A stretch of 26,730 bases of DNA, from IMG/VR virus record IMGVR_UViG_3300032373_000097, positions 1-26,730 of that record. One strand, given 5' to 3'. This DNA comes from a virus (taxonomy: Duplodnaviria; Caudoviricetes). How positions within the stretch are numbered: position 1 is the stretch's first letter; the number at the start of each line of letters is the position of its first letter. Made by a program: the position numbers and the translations under genes. Shown here piece by piece: positions 17,820-24,125 of this stretch. The notes beneath the pieces are model-generated. The model saw only the letters and a program-made list of their open reading frames with translations, was not told where the DNA came from and made no database searches.

Positions 17820-18538
17820 GCACCGCCTTTCGCGGCGATGTTCTTGGCCAAGCGGTTCATGGCCGACTGAAAGTCTTTTGCCGGGTAGGATTGCAGATCA
17901 GAAACGCCAGCGGCCTTGCAGATAGTTTCCTCGCTGACCCCCGCTTCCGCTGCCCGGTCGCGCAGGGCAATAAACTGTTCTGCTGAAACCGTTGCAGCAC
18001 CGCTAGATGATCCGCCATCGTCCTCGGTATCATCGCCAAGGGACAGGCCAAGAATGGCTTGAGCGGTGTATCTCTGCCCGTAGGTCTGTGTTGATCCGAC
18101 CGCCTGCACCGCGTTTTTGCTGCCGCTTGTGTCGCGCGGCAAGGCAATGCTTGTGGACTTCGAATAGCCGTCCTTGTGCATCAACTCAGCAGTGACGATC
18201 ACCTGTTCCCCAACTTCGATGGAAAACGAAAGTGTGAGGCCGTGGCGCGAAAGCACCGGGCGCGTTCCTGCGGTAATGTCCTTGAGTGTCGCGTATTTTT
18301 TATTTCCGTGCCCGGTTCCGTTAAGCGGAATTGTCGGGAACTCGGCAGACGCCGCCGCAAAGGCGGAAGCAAACGCGGCCTTTGCCTGCGTAGCTTCATG
18401 CTTTTCTTTCAGTTCGAGCATCCGTTCCAGCTTTGCAAGATCCGCGTTTGGGTCCATTGCAATGCGCTCGATCATGGACACCATCGGGTCAGCTGGCAGC
18501 AGGCTTTCCTGCGGTGAAATCTTTGCGACTTCGGTCAT
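17816..18538 (-). CDS. erf: ERF-family single-strand annealing protein
   Basis: YATLKDI...PVLSRHGL and QAVGSTQTYGQRY...LGL....DDGG motifs. Paired with the exonuclease. Confidence 0.88.
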   Translation of the reverse strand: MTEVAKISPQESLLPADPMVSMIERIAMDPNADLAKLERMLELKEKHEATQAKAAFASAFAAASAEFPTIPLNGTGHGNKKYATLKDITAGTRPVLSRHGLTLSFSIEVGEQVIVTAELMHKDGYSKSTSIALPRDTSGSKNAVQAVGSTQTYGQRYTAQAILGLSLGDDTEDDGGSSSGAATVSAEQFIALRDRAAEAGVSEETICKAAGVSDLQSYPAKDFQSAMNRLAKNIAAKGGA

Positions 18539-18858
18539 TCTCTTTCCTCCTTCGGTTTGGTCGTTTCAAAACGGAAGCCACAGCCGACCACGCCTAAAGC
18601 TTCCTCGACACTGTTGACGGTGCAGACCTGCCCGCGCCAAACTTGGTGCCACTTAATTTCATCGTCAGTCAGGCCCCGCGCAGAAGGCGGCAAAGACCCG
18701 TCCTTGATCTCCATCAAAATGTTCGCCCCGTTCTTCCCAACGAGAATGTCAGGGCACCCCTTGCCAATGGTATGCAGGTGCTGCACGGTGCATCCGACAC
18801 CCCGCAAAGCCGCGACGATTTCAGGCTGATTGCTATCGACCTTCGCCGCGCGCCTCAT
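18535..18858 (-). CDS. VRR-NUC / PD-(D/E)xK nuclease (putative Holliday junction resolvase)
   Basis: RRAAKVDSNQPEIVAALR..G...GKGCPDILVG...LMEIKDG...LTDDEIKWH. Confidence 0.8.
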   Translation of the reverse strand: MRRAAKVDSNQPEIVAALRGVGCTVQHLHTIGKGCPDILVGKNGANILMEIKDGSLPPSARGLTDDEIKWHQVWRGQVCTVNSVEEALGVVGCGFRFETTKPKEERE

Positions 18859-18860
18859 CG

Positions 18861-19058
18861 TCAGCCCCGCCGATATTCGGCAACGCGCTTGCCCTCGTCC
18901 GTCTCGACCATGCGCCGCTCAACCGGGTAGCCCTCTTGCTTGAGGTCATAGATACGCGCGCCAAGACGAAAGCATCCGAAGTCCCGCAGCGCGTCCAGCG
19001 GCGTCAGCTTGCGGCCTGCATCCAAAGCGCGGCGAATTTGTGCTGTTTGGGCTTCCAT
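18861..19058 (-). CDS. Small winged-HTH protein
   Basis: LTPLDALRDFGCFRLGARIYDLKQEGYPV, a common phage HTH family. Confidence 0.8.
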   Translation of the reverse strand: MEAQTAQIRRALDAGRKLTPLDALRDFGCFRLGARIYDLKQEGYPVERRMVETDEGKRVAEYRRG

Positions 19059-19073
19059 GCTCTTTCCTTTTCG

Positions 19074-19106
19074 AAAAGGCCGGGGGCGTCTTGGGTTGCC
19101 CCCGGC
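19074..19106 (-). terminator. Intrinsic terminator
   Basis: Minus strand GCCGGGGGC-N10-GCCCCCGGC followed by C and TTTT. Confidence 0.65.
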
Positions 19107-19112
19107 TAGTTT

Positions 19113-19137
19113 CCCGCGACAGGGAGGAAAACGCGGG
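19113..19137 (-). ncRNA. Candidate CCUCCC-loop hairpin RNA element (cuckoo-like)
   Basis: Minus strand CCCGCG-TTTTCCTCCCTGT-CGCGGG, immediately 5' of the terminator hairpin. Confidence 0.4.
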
Positions 19138-19145
19138 TCGTGAGG

Positions 19146-19730
19146 TTATTCGGCGGCCATCGCCAGCAAGTCAGTTGCGCCGCCCCATTGTTCGGCCATG
19201 GCAGCGGCAATGCCTGGATAGGTCGCAGACCTGATTTTCCAGCGGTCGGCGGTCGGCGGCAGGCGGTGAATGCGGTCGTCGCGGCCTTCAACGATCTGCG
19301 TGTGCGACAGCTTCGGAAGCCCCTTGAGCCAGAGGCAAGTCGCCTTGGTTTCGCCGTGGCCGAATTGCCAAGGCTGAATGATTTGATCCGGCTTGCGGTA
19401 AAGGCTCGACATGATGCAAACCGGGTTTTCGACCGCGATGCGCGGGATATCGGCCTTAATCAGCATCATGAAAAAGCTGACAGCCGCTTGCTGTCTGCCG
19501 TCCGCGCGCTTCGCCTCGAAGTGGCGCGCGCCGCTGACGCTCAGGTGCGTGCAAGGCGGGTGCGCAATCATCAGATCCCACGGGAAATCCAGAACGTCGC
19601 GCACATCGCCCTGGTAGTGCGGGCCGGGGGTGTCGGTCGGCAGCAGGTCGCAGGACATTGCGTCATGCCCGCGCGCTATGAATGCGTCACGAACCGCGCC
19701 GGAATATTCGCAGGCGACAAGAACCCTCAT
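19146..19730 (-). CDS. Compact DNA cytosine-C5 methyltransferase-like protein
   Basis: 194 aa with MRVLVACEYSG (variant motif I), IAHPPCT (catalytic PC), VENP (motif VI) and QPWQFG..ETKATCLW. Confidence 0.75.
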   Translation of the reverse strand: MRVLVACEYSGAVRDAFIARGHDAMSCDLLPTDTPGPHYQGDVRDVLDFPWDLMIAHPPCTHLSVSGARHFEAKRADGRQQAAVSFFMMLIKADIPRIAVENPVCIMSSLYRKPDQIIQPWQFGHGETKATCLWLKGLPKLSHTQIVEGRDDRIHRLPPTADRWKIRSATYPGIAAAMAEQWGGATDLLAMAAE

Positions 19731-19855
19731 ACCCCTGCCCTCGCTTCCTTCGCGGCCAGCAGCGCGGCAATCAGCGGCGCATTGGCCTTTTGGACAGGTT
19801 GCGGAGCCACTGGCGCGGGTCCATGTTGATTGACGCAGGCAAGAACTCCGGGCAT
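19727..19855 (-). CDS. Small hypothetical protein (42 aa; not in track)
   Basis: TGATG overlap with cro and ATGA overlap with the methyltransferase gene. Sequence MPGVLACVNQHGPAPVAPQPVQKANAPLIAALLAAKEARAGV. Confidence 0.5.
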   Translation of the reverse strand: MPGVLACVNQHGPAPVAPQPVQKANAPLIAALLAAKEARAGV

Positions 19856-20070
19856 CACGACGCCTCCTGAGAAGGGGCGGCAGATGTAGGAGACTTTGCA
19901 ATGAACTCTCGGACACGCTCCGCAGTCCTTAGCGTCACGTCGCCGCCAGAGCGCAAGCGCGTTACCAGTTCACTATTCCCGACCGCGCGCTTTCCAAAAT
20001 ACGAAGCCGACATATCGGCCTCTTCCAGAAAGGCTTCGATCTCATTGAGGATGGTTGCCGTGTGTTTCAT
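19855..20070 (-). CDS. cro: Cro-like HTH regulator
   Basis: ILNEIEAFLEEADMSASYFGKRAVGNSELVTRLRSGGDVTLRTAERVREFI, divergent from the repressor. Confidence 0.8.
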   Translation of the reverse strand: MKHTATILNEIEAFLEEADMSASYFGKRAVGNSELVTRLRSGGDVTLRTAERVREFIAKSPTSAAPSQEAS

Positions 20071-20076
20071 GCGCCC

Positions 20077-20104
20077 AATGTATCCGCCGCAGCGGATATG
20101 TCAA
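20077..20104 (-). promoter_or_regulatory. Leftward lytic promoter overlapped by an operator
   Basis: TTGACA-N16-TACATT on the minus strand. The spacer is filled by the palindrome TATCCGC-CGCA-GCGGATA (20081-20098), and the -10 ends 6 nt before the cro ATG. Confidence 0.8.
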
Positions 20105-20157
20105 GCATCTTCCAGCAAGGACGTGCAAGATTGGAAAGTCTATGCAAGACAGCAATT

Positions 20158-20463
20158 ATGAGTGGGGTGGATTGGCGCGAGCGCCTGGAACAAGCGATAC
20201 TTGAGGACGGACGGTCGTTGCGCGACCTGTCTTTGGCCGCTGGCTTGTCACATGGATATCTTCACGGAATCCTTCGTGACGACAAGGAACCCAAGCTAGA
20301 CCGCTTCATTCAAATATGCCGAGAGATAGGCGTAAGCCCGGCTTATGTGCTATTGGGTGTCAATGTCTCGCCAGAGGCGGAGGCCATCATTCGGCTTCTG
20401 GACGCTGATCCAGCGGCGCGGGATGCTGTTCTGGCGCTACTTTCCCGCCTTGGCGTCGAGTAG
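20158..20463 (+). CDS. CI-like XRE-family repressor (no S24 peptidase domain)
   Basis: 101 aa WRERLEQAILEDGRSLRDLSLAAGLSHGYLHGILRDDKEPKLDRFIQICREIGVSPAYVLLG, between the divergent promoters. Confidence 0.85.
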   Translation: MSGVDWRERLEQAILEDGRSLRDLSLAAGLSHGYLHGILRDDKEPKLDRFIQICREIGVSPAYVLLGVNVSPEAEAIIRLLDADPAARDAVLALLSRLGVE

Positions 20464-20533
20464 CATTCAGCACCCCGGCCAATTGTTCACTTGTTGCGCG
20501 TTGCAAAATACGTGCCAGCTCTGAAACCATCAT
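20387..20533 (-). CDS. Small ORF (48 aa) convergent with and overlapping the repressor 3' end
   Basis: GAGGG SD, ATG 20533 and a candidate promoter TTGACG-N18-TAATAT (20585-20556). Sequence MMVSELARILQRATSEQLAGVLNATRRQGG... Confidence 0.4.
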   Translation of the reverse strand: MMVSELARILQRATSEQLAGVLNATRRQGGKVAPEQHPAPLDQRPEAE

Positions 20534-20627
20534 AACGAATACCCTCGCTGATCGAATATTAGGACTCGCCTTGGCTATGCGTCAACGGCGATTCTAACCT
20601 TTTGGATATGTATTCATTTCTTGCCCG

Positions 20628-20680
20628 TATCCGCTATGGCGGATTATTGCCTTGACTATCCGCCGCAGCGGATATACCTT
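20628..20680 (+). promoter_or_regulatory. Rightward early promoter with two operators
   Basis: TTGACT(20652)-N17-TACCTT(20675). Operators are TATCCGCTATGGCGGATT (20628-20645) and TATCCGCCGCAGCGGATA (20657-20674), the latter identical to the operator at 20081. Confidence 0.8.
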
Positions 20681-20739
20681 CACCCCATCGCCGCAGCCCA
20701 CGCCGACCGGCAGGCCGCGCACAGATGGAGGATTAGAAG

Positions 20740-21075
20740 ATGGCAAATTGGAAGAAAGTTGAGAAAGCAAGGCCGGGGAGAAGACGGCAGCGCCCGGCTG
20801 TTGCGCGCGCAGGGAGATTGGCGTCCCTTGTCCTGCCAAAGGAAATGGTGCCTGCGGATCGGGCTGACGTTTACGTGGACGGTGATTTGCTTGCGTTCCA
20901 TATCCACGATGGCGGTAGCAGGTCTGTAGCTAAGTCAGGTGGCGCTAAGGCTGCGTCAATGAAACTTTCCATTCCCGCGCAGTTCGCGGCCCGCATCCCT
21001 CTCGGAACAACTGACGTCGAGTTGGCCGAAGAGGATGGCATGTTGATTTTGGATTTGAATGCAATCCCTCGCTGA
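20740..21075 (+). CDS. Hypothetical early protein (possible AbrB-like beta fold)
   Basis: GGAGG SD. First gene after the promoter. LVLPKEM..ADVYVDGDLLAF and LSIPAQF..DVELAEEDGMLIL resemble duplicated swapped-hairpin motifs. Confidence 0.7.
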   Translation: MANWKKVEKARPGRRRQRPAVARAGRLASLVLPKEMVPADRADVYVDGDLLAFHIHDGGSRSVAKSGGAKAASMKLSIPAQFAARIPLGTTDVELAEEDGMLILDLNAIPR

Positions 21076-21101
21076 TCGCAGCACAGATGGAGAAGTACAA
21101 G

Positions 21102-21236
21102 ATGCTGAGCGAAACCACCACCGCCACCGCCCACGCGGAGATTGTCACGCTGACCGGCGCGCCGTTGCGCGACTTGCCCGCGCATGTCACTCCCTGCCCT
21201 GATGAATGGCCCGTCATGGCGTGGGGGCAGGCATGA
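21102..21236 (+). CDS. Small hypothetical protein (44 aa; not in track)
   Basis: GGAG SD. MLSETTTATAHAEIVTLTG...AWGQA, with an ATGA overlap with the next gene. Confidence 0.55.
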   Translation: MLSETTTATAHAEIVTLTGAPLRDLPAHVTPCPDEWPVMAWGQA

Positions 21237-21409
21237 GCAAGCCAGAACTTTTCATCGGTCTTGCGAAGGTCAGCACGTTCCGGCGCGACCGGGACGTGCT
21301 GAGAGACGCAATCTATTCCAGCGGCGATGAAGCCGTGCTGGAGGCGTGGCGCAATTTCGAGCGCTGGACCGACTGCATTAACCCGAACCCGAAAGGCGGT
21401 GACGCATGA
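21233..21409 (+). CDS. Hypothetical protein (58 aa)
   Basis: MSKPELFIGLAKV...NPKGGDA, coupled on both sides. Confidence 0.65.
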   Translation: MSKPELFIGLAKVSTFRRDRDVLRDAIYSSGDEAVLEAWRNFERWTDCINPNPKGGDA

Positions 21410-21687
21410 ACCCGCTCCTAATGCCCAGCCCATACGACGCCGATGAAGGTCATTTGATCGGGCGCGACCCAAGAACTCTTTCTGCTGACGAGTTCGAAGC
21501 GCATTTGCCCGGTGCGGTGACTGGATTGAAAGCAATTCGCGCGAAGTGCGTGGACTGCTGTGGATCGCATGTTGAGGTTCGCAAGTGTACTGTCACGGAC
21601 TGTCCGTTGTGGGCGCTTCGGATGGGGCAAAAGCCAAAAGGATTGCGCGAGGCGCGCGGTGAGAAGATGAAAGGCGGTGACGCATGA
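21391..21687 (+). repeat. 19-bp direct repeat GAAAGGCGGTGACGCATGA at 21391-21409 and 21669-21687
   Basis: Exact repeat containing an SD-like sequence, stop and start, flanking the 93-aa gene. Confidence 0.9.
21406..21687 (+). CDS. Cys-rich putative Zn-binding protein
   Basis: KAIRAKCVDCCG..VEVRKC...DCPLWALRMG. Confidence 0.75.
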   Translation: MNPLLMPSPYDADEGHLIGRDPRTLSADEFEAHLPGAVTGLKAIRAKCVDCCGSHVEVRKCTVTDCPLWALRMGQKPKGLREARGEKMKGGDA

Positions 21688-21893
21688 GCATGGTCGCAAA
21701 CATCCACCGCGCCACGAAAGTTAAGGCGAACTCGGCGGGGCCGGAGACGCATTGGGTTGAGTTCGAAGACGAGGCGAAAAACAACCGCGTCGTGATCTTC
21801 TGCCCCAATGCGGAAGTCGCGCGGGCCACGGCAGACGCCTTCAACGACGCCATGGGCTATAGCCAAGCCGAGGTCAATCATGAGCCTGCTTGA
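21684..21893 (+). CDS. Hypothetical protein (69 aa)
   Basis: ATGA-coupled in the early operon. Confidence 0.65.
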   Translation: MSMVANIHRATKVKANSAGPETHWVEFEDEAKNNRVVIFCPNAEVARATADAFNDAMGYSQAEVNHEPA

Positions 21894-22056
21894 TGACATG
21901 AACGCCCTTGAGCGTCATTGCCGCCGTGGCAGAACAGCGCAAGGCTGGTTCAACGGCACGGAAAAGCCGATCCCGCCAGACGCCCGCGATGAACCGATTG
22001 ACCGCAGCGCCAACATGAAACCGGGCCACGCTTGGGAACAGGCGCGCGGGGACTGA
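21880..22056 (+). CDS. Hypothetical protein (58 aa)
   Basis: GAGG SD before ATG 21880. MSLLDDMNALERHCRRG... Confidence 0.55.
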   Translation: MSLLDDMNALERHCRRGRTAQGWFNGTEKPIPPDARDEPIDRSANMKPGHAWEQARGD

Positions 22057-22061
22057 CAGCA

Positions 22062-22126
22062 TAGCCTGCGCGCCTGGTATCGCGCGGCTACCCGGCGGGG
22101 GCGCAATCCTCCCCGTCCTCGCCGGG
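22062..22126 (+). ncRNA. Candidate two-hairpin RNA element with CCUCCC loop
   Basis: Hairpin TAGCCTGCGCG/CGCGCGGCTA, then a 13-bp stem CCCGGCGGGGGCG/CGTCCTCGCCGGG closing the loop CAATCCTCCC. Confidence 0.45.
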
Positions 22127-22149
22127 ACCAAGCATAGGAGAATGAGACG

Positions 22150-22368
22150 ATGGAATGGCAACCGATTGAAACCGCGCCGAAGGATGGCATCGCTATTTTC
22201 GTTCGGTGGACACACTGGACGCATGTGCCGATGGTTGTATTCGCGCGCAATTACGCTTGGCACACAATCCATAGCGATGTTCCAATAGGTGATGGCGTAA
22301 ACGGGCACCCGTTCGACGAGCGGTATGGCCCTACCCACTGGATGCCGATCCCCGAGGCCCCCGAATGA
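22150..22368 (+). CDS. DUF551-family protein
   Basis: MEWQPIETAPKDG...PTHWMPIPEAP. Confidence 0.85.
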   Translation: MEWQPIETAPKDGIAIFVRWTHWTHVPMVVFARNYAWHTIHSDVPIGDGVNGHPFDERYGPTHWMPIPEAPE

Positions 22369-22490
22369 ACCCCCTTACCCGCTACATAACCAGCCCGCCG
22401 CGCCCGCGCGTGTTTACGCCCGGTGACTTGTTCGGCGCGGTCTGCCTGCTGCTGATCATGGCGGTGCCCCTTATCGCATTTGGAGGATAG
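22365..22490 (+). CDS. Small single-pass membrane peptide (41 aa; not in track)
   Basis: ATGA overlap and GAGG SD. C-terminal hydrophobic LFGAVCLLLIMAVPLIAFGG. Confidence 0.6.
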   Translation: MNPLTRYITSPPRPRVFTPGDLFGAVCLLLIMAVPLIAFGG

Positions 22491-22494
22491 ACCA

Positions 22495-22848
22495 ATGACT
22501 GACCTGACACCGGAAGCCGTGAAGGCGGCGCTTGAGGGGGCAACGCCGGGGCCTTGGGTGATTGGATCGTCGGAAGGCAGAGTTTTGTCCCACTGGGAAG
22601 ACATTGGCTACTGGGAAATAGCAAACGCGACGGTGACTGATTTTCGCGGCGATAGCGGGGCCAGATATTTTGCGGGCGGAACACAAGAAGCCAACGCCGA
22701 CCTCATCGCCATGGCCCCCGCCATCGCCCGCGACTGGCTGCGGCTCAAGAAGGTCGAGGAAGCGGCGCAATGGGTTGTCAATAACCCGATGGCGCATCCT
22801 GACAACGTTTACCGCGTCATCCGCGCAGCCGTGGAGGGGAAGGTATGA
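22495..22848 (+). CDS. Ead/Ea22-like early protein
   Basis: ALEGATPGPW...ANADLIAMAP motif pair and a GGAGG SD. Confidence 0.7.
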   Translation: MTDLTPEAVKAALEGATPGPWVIGSSEGRVLSHWEDIGYWEIANATVTDFRGDSGARYFAGGTQEANADLIAMAPAIARDWLRLKKVEEAAQWVVNNPMAHPDNVYRVIRAAVEGKV

Positions 22849-23222
22849 AACGCCTAGACGCACTCAAGGAACTGGCCGCGAAAGTAGAGGCAGGATCTTG
22901 CCCTCTACGGTGCCTGAACAATGCAGGGTGGGGTAGTGATAATGTGCAGGAGGCCATAAGCATCCGTAAAGCCTTCCACGGTTCTCTGGACGCCGCCCTT
23001 GCCGTGCACAATGCGGTGTTGCCGGGGTGGCATTATTTCTTCTACGGAGCCGACTATGAAACTCTCTTTTCCGGAAATCAGCACGAACCCTTTTGCGTTG
23101 TAGCGAAAGGCCGAGGGGGCGTTGATCTTGAAACACACCGTGGCAACTCCACTACCCCCGCCCGCGCATGGCTCTTAGCCATCCTGCGGGCGCTGATTGC
23201 GATGGAGGAAAACCCCCAATGA
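22845..23222 (+). CDS. Phage ABA-sandwich-like domain protein
   Basis: SLDAALAVHNAVLPGW...TPARAWLLAILRAL pattern. Confidence 0.6.
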   Translation: MKRLDALKELAAKVEAGSCPLRCLNNAGWGSDNVQEAISIRKAFHGSLDAALAVHNAVLPGWHYFFYGADYETLFSGNQHEPFCVVAKGRGGVDLETHRGNSTTPARAWLLAILRALIAMEENPQ

Positions 23223-23509
23223 CCCTTTTTCCGAACCGCCTTGGCTTCCGCGCCCACGAACAAGCGCAGGCCCTTGACGCCCGTGCCAGCGAGGCCGCCG
23301 CGCGCAAGGCCATGCTTGACGCCATGCCGCACCTTAGCCCCGAGGAAATCCTCGATCTGGTCACGGCGCACCTGTCGGGCCGGATGAATCCCGAGACGTT
23401 GCGCAGGTTCCTGTCAGAAGCTGAACGCGCTGCCGACCGGCGTTGCAGCGAGGCGCACCTTACAAGCAACGGACCAGCCCTCGCGCGTATCGCTTGGGCG
23501 CAGGAATAG
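23219..23509 (+). CDS. Hypothetical protein (96 aa)
   Basis: GGAGG SD and ATGA overlap. MTLFPNRLGFRAHEQ... Confidence 0.65.
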   Translation: MTLFPNRLGFRAHEQAQALDARASEAAARKAMLDAMPHLSPEEILDLVTAHLSGRMNPETLRRFLSEAERAADRRCSEAHLTSNGPALARIAWAQE

Positions 23510-23593
23510 CCACATCACCGCACCCCCAGAGCGGTGATCCCCGCCGCCGGAAACCGGGAAACGTAAGGCGGCGTGGGCTTAATAGAAGGAAAG

Positions 23594-23824
23594 ATGCGGA
23601 TGCCCGCCCAGATTGCCACAACAGATGACCTTGCCCGCGTGGAAGCCAAGCTGGACGCCATCGCCTCGCGCTTGGACGTTCTCGCGCCCCCGCCCGAGTG
23701 GGTCAGCGTGGTAGAGTATGCCGCGCGGGAAGGTGTGACAAAACAGACCGTCTATCGCTGGATCGCTAGCGGTGAACTCGAAGCCCGTGGAAGCGGGAAG
23801 AATAGAAAGGTGAGCGCAAAATAA
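23594..23824 (+). CDS. xis: Excisionase-like HTH (MerR/HTH_17 type)
   Basis: EWVSVVEYAAREGVTKQTVYRWIASGELEA, near the integrase and at the end of the early operon. Confidence 0.75.
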   Translation: MRMPAQIATTDDLARVEAKLDAIASRLDVLAPPPEWVSVVEYAAREGVTKQTVYRWIASGELEARGSGKNRKVSAK

Positions 23825-23837
23825 TTTCACAAACCCC

Positions 23838-23866
23838 TTGCGCAAGCGGGCCGCTGGCCCTATATT
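23838..23866 (+). promoter_or_regulatory. Moron promoter with palindromic operator
   Basis: TTGCGC-N17-TATATT with GGGCC-GCT-GGCCC in the spacer, followed by a GGGCAATGAAGCCC hairpin and an AGGAG SD. Confidence 0.7.
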
Positions 23867-23909
23867 GAGTGCATAGGGCAATGAAGCCCACCTAACAGGA
23901 GATTAAACC

Positions 23910-24125
23910 ATGTATGAACTTGAATCAGTTGGGATCAATGCCTTCGAAGTGTTTACAAAGTCGGGACGGTTTGCCTGCATGATGGTTCAAAAGCCGGGAG
24001 GGCATCACGTTCTTTATTGGAACACAAATTCGTCGCGTGGCAGCGCCCGGAAATTCAAGACGCAATCAGAAGCGATTGAGTTCATGCACCAGCGACGGAT
24101 TCAAAAAGGGTGGTCAACTCAATGA
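23910..24125 (+). CDS. Hypothetical basic protein (71 aa), first gene of the moron
   Basis: Strong SD, own promoter, visibly more AT-rich than its flanks. Confidence 0.75.
   Translation: MYELESVGINAFEVFTKSGRFACMMVQKPGGHHVLYWNTNSSRGSARKFKTQSEAIEFMHQRRIQKGWSTQ

Noticed and set aside
11-19829. Numerous plus-strand ORFs across the left arm (e.g. 4287-5039, 12456-13115, 16966-17604, 19140-19829)
   Set aside because: They lie opposite a continuous, tightly coupled minus-strand gene array and have shadow-like composition.
19731-19916. N-terminal extension of the methyltransferase ORF
   Set aside because: It overlaps cro and the 42-aa ORF. The family motif begins at MRVLVACE (19730).
21391-21687. 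Direct repeats considered as a CRISPR array or IS ends
   Set aside because: Only two copies, 278 bp apart, overlapping coding junctions. No cas or transposase genes.
23510-23580. Possible hammerhead ribozyme or tRNA (GAAAC...GTA and multiple stems)
   Set aside because: It lacks the CUGANGA core and tRNA D/T-loop consensus. Kept only as an unassigned structured element.
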